From Vampirovibrio sp. (GTDB lineage Bacteria; Cyanobacteriota; Vampirovibrionia; Vampirovibrionales; Vampirovibrionaceae): 64,000 nt of DNA. The translations under genes were made by a program, and so were the position numbers. A model generated the notes under the pieces. The model saw nothing but the letters and a program-made list of their open reading frames with translations. It was not told the origin of the DNA and ran no database searches. Location of the stretch: NCBI GenBank assembly GCA_019634025.1, contig JAHQWC010000154.1:1309-65308 (forward strand), read 5' to 3'. Positions 20,234-28,472 of the stretch are shown one piece after another; position 1 is the first letter of the stretch, and each line of letters opens with the position of its first letter.

Positions 20234-20414
20234 GGGAGTAAGACCTCTTGAATAGATGGAGCGGGGATAAAAAACCTCCTGATTATACCCTAGAGATAGC
20301 CGTAGCAAATTTCCCCTAAACAGCCTCTTGCACTTCTTTCAAAAAATGAAAAAATAGAAGAATACGTTTGGACTATTTCCATGAACCGGTTTTGATACAA
20401 ACCGGCTTGATATA

Positions 20415-20783
20415 TTGAAGGATGTTGTTGTACACGCCATGGATAATGAAACCAACATTGTTGTTCGGGAATCCGGGGATAAATGCATTGTCCTGTTAGA
20501 CACTCAGAATGTCGATTTCCGGAACTGCGAAACCATCAAATCTTCAGTGGCGAACCTGGTGAATACCGGGAAGACCCATCTGATTTTAGGTCTTGAAAAA
20601 GTCAGCTTTATGGATAGCTCCGGCCTTAGTGTGTTGCTATTCTGCAAGCGTACCTGCGAGGAAGCTCAGGGTTCTTTTACCATGTTTGGGCTGCAAAGCT
20701 ATGTCAATAATTTGGTTACCCTCACCAACCTCAACAAATCCATCGAGATTTTCGAATCAGAATCGGATGCCCTAAAGGTTTAA
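20415..20783 (+). CDS. STAS-domain anti-sigma-factor antagonist (SpoIIAA-like)
   Basis: STAS fold motif …ILGLEKVSFMDSSGLSVLL…. Confidence 0.7.
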   Translation: MKDVVVHAMDNETNIVVRESGDKCIVLLDTQNVDFRNCETIKSSVANLVNTGKTHLILGLEKVSFMDSSGLSVLLFCKRTCEEAQGSFTMFGLQSYVNNLVTLTNLNKSIEIFESESDALKV

Positions 20784-20823
20784 GACGACAACAGGCATAA
20801 CGCAATCAGCGTAATGGGTGTGT

Positions 20824-21654
20824 TTAATAGGCTGGGCGATAAACCGTCGGTTCAGTCATGGTTGTAATCTGGGCAGGCTGTTGAAGCACCACAGTCCAGG
20901 GTTCGCCGGGTAAAAATTCTATATGCTCTCCCATGGCCCGAGGGCCTCCATACACCGTTTTATTATAGGCGCCAATGCCCACCACTCGGTGCGTTACACG
21001 CATCGGTTCAGTGCCTCTGGTGGTCATCCCTCCCCACGAGTGATCGCCTCGGCCTGTTACTACATAAGCCACAATGGGTTGGCGCTGGCCGTCCTCAAAA
21101 ATCAGGGTGTCAAATAAAATGGTTAAAATGCCGTCTCGCCCCTGAATAGGCGTCATCGATTGAACCAGTCTCCCAGACAGCCGATCCACCTTTTTTTTGA
21201 GGACTAAGCGGTTCCCCAGGTAAACATCCTGAGACACCACAGCTTCTACCGGGTCTCCGGTGCGGTTTACTGCCGTGCTTAGGGGGTTATGCAATATAAT
21301 CGGTAACGCCATCCCGGCAGGCAGAGTTAGGGTTGTATAGGGTGACTCATCGTTACCGGCGATTTCTCTGGCAGGATCGGACTCCATTTGCTCCAAAATA
21401 TCGGATAGTTCCCGGCGCTTGGGAGGAGGTTCCGCTTTTTCTCTTGCTTTTGGGGCCGCAGGTTCTACGGAAGCTTGTGGGTCTAACAGCTCGGTGGTGT
21501 CATCGTCACCTTTTGGCGGATGTAACCTGTCGTAAAAGGTTTCCGACTGATAAGAGGTGGAATCTCCCATAGAATCGGCGTATACGACGGCTGCACCTGC
21601 TATAAAGCAACTCATCAATAGGGCATACAATGCAATTCTGCTGACTGAAGACAC
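20824..21654 (-). CDS. Hypothetical secreted protein
   Basis: N-terminal signal peptide (IALYALLMSCFIAGAAVVYA), a Pro/Glu-rich linker and a C-terminal beta-rich domain. Confidence 0.45.
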   Translation of the reverse strand: MSSVSRIALYALLMSCFIAGAAVVYADSMGDSTSYQSETFYDRLHPPKGDDDTTELLDPQASVEPAAPKAREKAEPPPKRRELSDILEQMESDPAREIAGNDESPYTTLTLPAGMALPIILHNPLSTAVNRTGDPVEAVVSQDVYLGNRLVLKKKVDRLSGRLVQSMTPIQGRDGILTILFDTLIFEDGQRQPIVAYVVTGRGDHSWGGMTTRGTEPMRVTHRVVGIGAYNKTVYGGPRAMGEHIEFLPGEPWTVVLQQPAQITTMTEPTVYRPAY

Positions 21655-21890
21655 GGTATAATACCTTACAAATTAGGCTTTATCTTAAGTGTAGCCGGGG
21701 TATTCGGGTAGTCAAGGTATCGGCCGAATACCCTAGAGCTGTTATGGGTTCACTTAACCAGAGGAGAGGAATGCAAGGCTCTTGTTTAATGTTACACCTG
21801 TGTTACATATGGCCGGATTTCTCGTCAGAATCCGTATAATCGATCCACGGAGATATTCAAGGCAATAGCAGGCAACCTAATCAAAAAGAG

Positions 21891-22265
21891 GTGGTGGTGA
21901 TGCATTCCACGTTTCAACCCTGGGAAACCACATTTGATTTTTCAAAAGACTTAGAGGATTTGGAAAGCCGTTTGACCCTGCAAACATTGGCAGAGTTGAA
22001 TAACAGCCAAAACACGGCAGATATGACGGCGGCCCAGCTCATGGATCAGTTGGCCCGCCAGGTGGCCCAACGGCTTAAACAATCTCTACCCCAACAGCAG
22101 TTGGGGCAAGGCTCCGGTCAACATGACGAGCTACTACAAGATAACCGGGTGATGGCCCGCCAGGTCCAGCATCTGATAAATGAAAATGCACGGCTTCAAT
22201 CAGAGCTTCAGACGTTTCGCCGAGTGGCCGGTAACGTGTATTACCGTGACGATGAGATACTCTAG
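21891..22265 (+). CDS. Hypothetical coiled-coil protein
   Basis: Gln/Leu-rich heptad-like sequence with no enzymatic motif. Confidence 0.35.
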   Translation: MVVMHSTFQPWETTFDFSKDLEDLESRLTLQTLAELNNSQNTADMTAAQLMDQLARQVAQRLKQSLPQQQLGQGSGQHDELLQDNRVMARQVQHLINENARLQSELQTFRRVAGNVYYRDDEIL

Positions 22266-22382
22266 ATAAAGGGTTTCTCTCTAATTCATTTTTCTAATCA
22301 AGCTCTCACCTGGGTATGCGCTTCAATGCATGTTTCGGTTTTGTTAAAATACCCGCTTGGCCTGTAAAAAAAGAAGATTTTT

Positions 22383-24152
22383 ATGAAACTTGCTGCGGTT
22401 CGCCGGGATTTCACATTTTTAAAACGACTCATTGCCTACATTAAGCCTTATAAAACCCGATTTCTGATTGGGATGATCGCCTCTATCCCTCTGTCGGCAC
22501 TAGAGGGTGCGGCGGCGTATATGCTAGGTCCATTTGCAGACAGCATTATTCAGCATCATGAGTATGAAAAGCTTATGTGGCTGCCTCCGGCGGTGTTGGT
22601 TGCAGGGTTGCTGCAAGGGGTGCTGTATTACATCAGTGAATACTGCACCACCTATGTGGGCAACCGCATTACCCTGGATATCCGCACAGACCTGTTTCAA
22701 AAGCTAACCTCCATGGAGTATCTGTACTTCAAGCGCACCCCATCCGGCGATATTATTACCCGGTACTTTAACGATCCGGTGCAAATTCAAACCACCATTG
22801 TGTTGGTGCTGCATTCCTTTTTGCTGAATACGTTGCAAATTGTGTTTTTAACCACGGTGCTTCTGCTAAACAACTGGCTGTATGCATTGGTCTGCTTGTT
22901 AGTAATTTCCATGATTGTCATTCCCATTGATCAGCTTTCCAAAAAGATCCGTCGGCTGGATCATCATTCCCGGCAGATTACAGCGCAGGTCCTCAACCTT
23001 CTTAACGATACAGTCTTGGGTATTCGGGAAATTAAGTCTTACCGGCTGAAACCTTATGTGGATAAACAGTATGGCCGAGGCATGCAGCGCTACTTTCATG
23101 CCAGTATGAACATTACCAAAGCAGAATTTACGCTCCGGCCAATCCTCAGTATGATTGGCGCTGTCGCTTTGGCCCTTATTCTGGCTTTTGGGGGGTATCA
23201 GGTCCAAAATGGACAGATGAGCATCGGGTCTTTGTTGTCCTTCGCCCTTGCGCTGATGTTGTTATACCGTCCTATAAAGGCTGTCGGCCAAATCAGCGGT
23301 AAATTTCAACGGATCATGGCGGCATGCGAGAGGGTTTACGAAAAACTGGATGAAACCCCGGCGATGGATGAATCCGATGAGACGAAGCAATCGGTGGATC
23401 GTATTGAAACCGTTGCCTTTGACCATGTTTCTTTTGAATATGAGTCGAATCAGCCGGTCCTAAAAGACATTAACTTAACGTTTTCTGCCGGTACCGTAGT
23501 TGCCTTGGTTGGCCCCAGTGGTGGCGGGAAAAGCACCCTGGTAGACTTGATCCCTCGATTTATGGACCCGACCCAGGGGCGGGTGCTTATCAATGGGATA
23601 GATGCCAAACAGGTGTCGGTTCAATCCTTGCGCCAACATATTGCCATTGTGTCTCAAAAGCCTATGGCCTTTAGCGGCACTATTCGAGAAAATGTCTTAC
23701 TCGGCCGCTTGGAGGCAACTGAAGAAGAGGTCTGGCAGGCATTGAAAGGCGCTTGTTTAGACGATTGGGTTCGTGATCTCCCTGATGGGCTAGATACTCA
23801 AGTCACTGAAGGTGGCGGCTCCTTATCCGGTGGACAACAACAGCGTCTCGCCATTGCTCGGGCGTTTCTAAAAGATGCACCCTTGCTTATTCTGGATGAA
23901 GCCACCAGCGCCTTGGATAATGAGTCGGAACGGAAGGTGCAGCAGGCGCTGTTTAACTTGGTGCAAGGCCGAACGGTCTTTATCATTGCCCATCGGCTGT
24001 CCAGTACTCATGCGGCCGATCAAATTTTGGTGGTTCAGAATGGACAAATCACAGAATCTGGTACTCATCCCGAACTCATGGCCCAAGAGGGCATATATCA
24101 AAGGCTGTATACCCTGCAATTCCGGGATGAACCAGAATTCAGCAGATCTTAA
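22383..24152 (+). CDS. ABC exporter, fused permease/ATPase (MsbA-like lipid A/lipid flippase family)
   Basis: Six-TM N-terminal domain, then Walker A GPSGGGKST, signature LSGGQQQR and Walker B LLILDEATSALD. Confidence 0.85.
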   Translation: MKLAAVRRDFTFLKRLIAYIKPYKTRFLIGMIASIPLSALEGAAAYMLGPFADSIIQHHEYEKLMWLPPAVLVAGLLQGVLYYISEYCTTYVGNRITLDIRTDLFQKLTSMEYLYFKRTPSGDIITRYFNDPVQIQTTIVLVLHSFLLNTLQIVFLTTVLLLNNWLYALVCLLVISMIVIPIDQLSKKIRRLDHHSRQITAQVLNLLNDTVLGIREIKSYRLKPYVDKQYGRGMQRYFHASMNITKAEFTLRPILSMIGAVALALILAFGGYQVQNGQMSIGSLLSFALALMLLYRPIKAVGQISGKFQRIMAACERVYEKLDETPAMDESDETKQSVDRIETVAFDHVSFEYESNQPVLKDINLTFSAGTVVALVGPSGGGKSTLVDLIPRFMDPTQGRVLINGIDAKQVSVQSLRQHIAIVSQKPMAFSGTIRENVLLGRLEATEEEVWQALKGACLDDWVRDLPDGLDTQVTEGGGSLSGGQQQRLAIARAFLKDAPLLILDEATSALDNESERKVQQALFNLVQGRTVFIIAHRLSSTHAADQILVVQNGQITESGTHPELMAQEGIYQRLYTLQFRDEPEFSRS

Positions 24153-24286
24153 TATTTATAGGCGCAATTCTTGATCTTGAGAGGTCTTTTAAGTATAAGT
24201 AATTATACTAAATTTGTTAAAATTTTAATGTAAATAGTAAATATTCATGATTGGGTTCATGACATATTGAAGGGTTTTTTCACCAA

Positions 24287-25702
24287 ATGATTTTATCCTT
24301 TCAGCCAGGTACTCTTCCAGCGGCTAATGGTTGGTTACGCTCTTCTCGGCAAGTCTCTCCCTTGAGTTTGTCAAAATCAAACCTGCAAACAGTTCGGTTT
24401 TCTGCACAAACAGTACCATCAAATGATCCGTTGTCATTGAACGATCGATATTTGTCAGATGAAGAAACCGTGGCTACCTATGTGACTGCTTTTGATGAAC
24501 ATGCCGATCCCAAGACAGATATGTTAAAAGTGAATGGTGAACTCACAATCACGCCACCGAAACAGTTCATTACCCCTTACAAATCCAAGCGTAGTAACTT
24601 AATAGTAAGTGGCACTAAACGTTTAAAAGACCGTATTGCTGAAACATACCAAGCACAGGGTCTTCCCATAAAGGGTGAGCAAATAGTTTTGACGACGGAA
24701 TTTCGCTCTCTATTAGGTGGTCTGTATCGGGTACTGGATGGGGATATTATGCTAGCTACTCCTTTCTGGCCATATTTTAAGACTTTAGCCAAAGATCATG
24801 GCAAACAGGTTTATGAAATCCCTACATCTGGGCAAACCGGTATTACCCTGTCTACATTGAAATCTACCTATGAACAAGCAGTTAAGAAACCCAGAATCTT
24901 ACTGATACACAATCCAAGCGATATTAATGGTTTAATTTCAGATAATTCGGACGTAGAAGCGATTGCAGACTTTTGTAAGAAAAATAATATTGTCATTTTT
25001 AATATCCAGAGTTTCTTTGTCTATCCTGACTTTCATGATCATAAAGACTTTGCATCTCTATACCCTGAGGGAACAATCACCATCAATAACACGACGAAAG
25101 ATGCATTGGGACTGAACAAATATGGCATTGGTTGGGCTGTAGTACCGAATACATCTAAAGGCCGGACGCTAATGAACCGGTTGAAGGACCTGAAAACGCT
25201 GAAAGCGCCAACAGCTGCTGAGGCTGGAAAGAATGTGGAAATGCTGGAATATGTGGATACGATGGTCCGATTTCATCATTTACGCACGCAATTTTTATAT
25301 CGGGAGTTCGGCAAAATGGGGCTAGCGGGTCCTCGACCTTTGTTTACGCCCAATATGTTGATTAGTTTTAAAAAATACAAAAAAATCTTAGAAAAAATTC
25401 GAGTTCATAATGATAAAGATCTACAGAAATTTTTGTTGAAGAAGATCGGGATTGGGACCTTGCCGGGAAGCCTATTTAACCTGCCCGAAGAGGACATGTT
25501 TTTAAGGATTTCCACTGGAAACCTTGATCCGGGAGCGCTTAATGGTTGGGTAGACTCATGGAAGACAGCCCGGTATATGAATGAGAAAACCCATCCAGAG
25601 TTGCATTCAGTGGTTAAAAAATTCCGGGCGCTGACACAAAAGTTGGACGATGTGAGTACTGGAGCTTCAAAAACTGAGGGTATGGGAAGAAGCTCTGTCT
25701 AG
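24287..25702 (+). CDS. PLP-dependent aminotransferase-like protein (class I/II fold) with a ~120-aa N-terminal extension
   Basis: Weak resemblance to aminotransferase core (…ILLIHNPSDINGL…). Lower GC than the flanks. Function uncertain. Confidence 0.35.
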   Translation: MILSFQPGTLPAANGWLRSSRQVSPLSLSKSNLQTVRFSAQTVPSNDPLSLNDRYLSDEETVATYVTAFDEHADPKTDMLKVNGELTITPPKQFITPYKSKRSNLIVSGTKRLKDRIAETYQAQGLPIKGEQIVLTTEFRSLLGGLYRVLDGDIMLATPFWPYFKTLAKDHGKQVYEIPTSGQTGITLSTLKSTYEQAVKKPRILLIHNPSDINGLISDNSDVEAIADFCKKNNIVIFNIQSFFVYPDFHDHKDFASLYPEGTITINNTTKDALGLNKYGIGWAVVPNTSKGRTLMNRLKDLKTLKAPTAAEAGKNVEMLEYVDTMVRFHHLRTQFLYREFGKMGLAGPRPLFTPNMLISFKKYKKILEKIRVHNDKDLQKFLLKKIGIGTLPGSLFNLPEEDMFLRISTGNLDPGALNGWVDSWKTARYMNEKTHPELHSVVKKFRALTQKLDDVSTGASKTEGMGRSSV

Positions 25703-25738
25703 ATCATTTTATTATTGCTGAGGATTCGGATAACAGAA

Positions 25739-26956
25739 TTATGCGGTTGCCCGGGTATATTTTTTAGGAGGAAGTAGCCTAAGTTTCCGGAACGCAGCAC
25801 CAGGTCGTTTTAAAAGTTGCTTCAAATACGACTTGCCGGTGACTCCTCGGTTGAAAGCCCATAAGGCAAAGTTTTCATATGGTAGGATATTTCGGTTTAA
25901 CAGCTGATAAACGTACCATAGGGCAGCCTGATGGGAGATGAGGTCGTTACTGGAAGCGTAACGTTTGTTCGGTGGCAGAGTTAAAATCAAGTGTCCAGGC
26001 AGGGTATTTACCAGATTATCAGCATATAAAGTACCTTCATAAGGAATATCTAACTGAGCAAACAATTCTTTTAGCCAGGCTTCCAGTTGAGGAACAGTAT
26101 GGCGGGCAAGCAAATGAGTTTGGTAGGGGTTAGGGTCAACCTCAGGACAATCATCTCTAAGGAGGTCTAAAAATACCTCAGCAGCTTCGTCCAGAGTGCT
26201 AAATTCCCGTGAGTTTGCTTCATTCAGGTAGTCTTTACCGCCACCGGCTAGGTGCTTTTTTACTACTACGGGTAAGCCGCATAACAGTGCTTCAGGAATG
26301 ACTCGAGGGTCTCCTTCTTTATTGGTGAAAAGGGTAAAAATCCGACTTTGGTTGTAAAAGTAAGCCATATCCTCTTGGAGGATGGGCATACCCTGATTGC
26401 CTTCTAGGAGCATTAAGGTGAACTTTTCTCGCTCCTTTAGGCTGAACATCTTTAAGTAGTCGTCATAAATTTCCACATAATCCAGCTCGGGGTCACGCTC
26501 AGAGAGGTTTGGGCAGGCACAGATAATTAATGTGCGGGTTTCCGGGCGGCGGTCGTATACTTTGCGAAGTACGACCAGAAGTTCGTCCAGGCGCTTTAAC
26601 CGGCGAGGGCCAGCCACGGATAATATATCCCAGCGCTTTGCTCCCCGTGTTTCTGGTGCCATTTTGTTGAAACAGTCTGGTAAGAAATTGCGAGCGCATA
26701 AGGTGTTACGAGGAGTAGTGACGTCAGGGGCAAACTTCAGGGTATTAGTGGAGCCTAGGTGAAAATCGATATAGGGGAGCGTTCCGATATTCTCGTGAGG
26801 AGAGCCCCAGTGCATGCCAACGACGTACTGCTTTTTCAGTTCTTTCATAGCTGCGTCCATAAAAGGTACTTCAGGCTGGAAGAAAGCTTTTTCCTTATGG
26901 GTTAACATGAGAATACCCTTGGAATCTCCCACGGGGTCTTTCAGCAAGTGTGGCAT
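25739..26956 (-). CDS. Glycosyltransferase, GT-B fold (GT4-like C-terminal domain)
   Basis: C-terminal motif EGDPRVIPEALLCGLPVVV is typical of the GT4/GT1 donor-binding domain. Confidence 0.5.
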   Translation of the reverse strand: MPHLLKDPVGDSKGILMLTHKEKAFFQPEVPFMDAAMKELKKQYVVGMHWGSPHENIGTLPYIDFHLGSTNTLKFAPDVTTPRNTLCARNFLPDCFNKMAPETRGAKRWDILSVAGPRRLKRLDELLVVLRKVYDRRPETRTLIICACPNLSERDPELDYVEIYDDYLKMFSLKEREKFTLMLLEGNQGMPILQEDMAYFYNQSRIFTLFTNKEGDPRVIPEALLCGLPVVVKKHLAGGGKDYLNEANSREFSTLDEAAEVFLDLLRDDCPEVDPNPYQTHLLARHTVPQLEAWLKELFAQLDIPYEGTLYADNLVNTLPGHLILTLPPNKRYASSNDLISHQAALWYVYQLLNRNILPYENFALWAFNRGVTGKSYLKQLLKRPGAAFRKLRLLPPKKYTRATA

Positions 26957-26976
26957 TGTGTGACCTAAATCCTTTT

Positions 26977-27783
26977 CTACTTGTCCAATAGTAGGTCTTT
27001 GGGTTCCTGAATAATATAGTTCACCAAGACAGAGCGGGCGTTGGTTTTTTGAGGAGAACCGTAATGAAAGCCCCGGACATCGGCCAAAATGAGGGTTCCT
27101 GCTTTTCCGGTGAGTTGAACCTCATTGTGCAACAGGTGTTTCAAGTCGTCTCTGCTTAATCCAGTGCTGGATCCATCTTTTAGTCCCTGAAGCTGACGCT
27201 TCATCCGAGTGCCATGGCGTTTGTGACTGCCGCGGATGTATGTGAAGGGGCCATTAGTGTCATCAACATCGTCTAGGTATAAAAAAGATTTAAACTCTTT
27301 TTTGTAGCCGTCTACATGGTAGCCCCCATCAATATTACCGGCCATGTTGTGTTGATAGAGGAGTAGACCGCTATAGAATGGTCGTCCATAAAATGCTTGA
27401 GCCATCTTTAAGGGGAATGGATCATAGCGGAAGTCGGCAAGCTCATTGAGCAGGCCGTCAACACAGTAGATACGGCGGATACCTTGACCGTACTGGTGCT
27501 TGGCATTACCTACCCGGAGGTAGGCGCCGTTAGGGAGATCACGGTCTTCTTCCGGTGATAAGTATGCTTGAAGCTTTTTACCCATATTCAAGGCTTTTTG
27601 ACGGTCCCAGTAGCTGGGAATCACTACAAAACCGTCTTGGTTAAGGCTACTTAAAGTTTCTTTCTCTTGAGTAGAAAGGTCTTGGGCTGTATCGGCAATA
27701 AGCTGACGGCCAGCGTCCAAGAGATCCTTGGCAGCGGTCTTCGTAGTGTCTTTGATGTTGCGGCGTAGGTCTTTAACGGTCAT
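26977..27783 (-). CDS. Phytanoyl-CoA dioxygenase (PhyH)-family Fe(II)/2-oxoglutarate oxygenase
   Basis: HxD…H facial triad arrangement typical of PhyH: YHVDGY…LYLDDVDDTNGPFTYIRGSH. Confidence 0.6.
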   Translation of the reverse strand: MTVKDLRRNIKDTTKTAAKDLLDAGRQLIADTAQDLSTQEKETLSSLNQDGFVVIPSYWDRQKALNMGKKLQAYLSPEEDRDLPNGAYLRVGNAKHQYGQGIRRIYCVDGLLNELADFRYDPFPLKMAQAFYGRPFYSGLLLYQHNMAGNIDGGYHVDGYKKEFKSFLYLDDVDDTNGPFTYIRGSHKRHGTRMKRQLQGLKDGSSTGLSRDDLKHLLHNEVQLTGKAGTLILADVRGFHYGSPQKTNARSVLVNYIIQEPKDLLLDK

Positions 27784-28022
27784 GAGGTCATCCTCCCGTA
27801 ACTACCGGGCATTATAATACGGTTCAGGGGGATTCTCCAGATCCGTCCTTGGAGCAGGGTTTACCTGGGTATTTACAGAATTTGTAAAGAAATATAAAAA
27901 CTGACCTAAGTGCCCCTGTTAAAAATTGAGTTTTGAGACATGGGCTGAAAATGATTTTAGTACGTGGGTTGTAGAGGTTACACTTATGTCCCATGTCTCA
28001 CCTTCAGGACAGTCATCAGACG

Positions 28023-28307
28023 TCAATAGGTGGCATATCCGTCTCCGTGGTATTTCTTGATTTCAGACTCTCGCATCCCCGGAGCTCGGGGTTGTTTAGA
28101 TGGTTTTTCACGGTTGCTGTCATTACTTCGGGCTGCACGAGAGGCACGTTGCTGGTGTATTTTGGAACGAGGTGTCTGATCCCATCCCTGAGAGTAGTAA
28201 TCATTTGCGCTCCAGGTAAACATGATGATGAGTATCCCGAGGAACCCGAGACAAACCAAGTAGATAACAAACATCTGCTGTTTTTTGGATAAGGAGGACT
28301 GAGACAT
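28023..28307 (-). CDS. Small single-TM membrane protein (hypothetical)
   Basis: 94-aa ORF with one hydrophobic helix (FVIYLVCLGFLGILIIMF) and a basic C-terminus. It competes with two overlapping ORFs in other frames. Confidence 0.25.
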   Translation of the reverse strand: MSQSSLSKKQQMFVIYLVCLGFLGILIIMFTWSANDYYSQGWDQTPRSKIHQQRASRAARSNDSNREKPSKQPRAPGMRESEIKKYHGDGYATY

Positions 28308-28414
28308 TTACGGAATTCCTGACAGTCTCTAAAATCACGTCTAATCATAATTATATATTATGTATAGTAACTTTTAAACCCTATCCTTATAAATTCAACT
28401 TCAATATAGGAAAA

Positions 28415-28440
28415 GTGGAGAGAAGTTTTCTTCTCTCCAC
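28415..28440 (-). terminator. Rho-independent terminator downstream of the M16 peptidase gene
   Basis: Perfect 11-bp stem GTGGAGAGAAG/CTTCTCTCCAC with a TTTT loop. On the minus strand it is followed by TTTTCCT. Confidence 0.6.
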
Positions 28441-28472
28441 TGTCTGAAACTGCATATTTCTGTTTTCTGGAA

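Noticed and set aside
20309-20414. Hairpin AACCGGTTT…AAACCGGCTT upstream of the STAS gene
   Set aside because: A short stem without a flanking U-tract. It is probably incidental, or at most a minor operator.
27993-28348. Three mutually overlapping small ORFs (94-110 aa) in different frames
   Set aside because: Only one, at most, can be real. I kept the single-TM minus-strand ORF at low confidence and rejected the other two.
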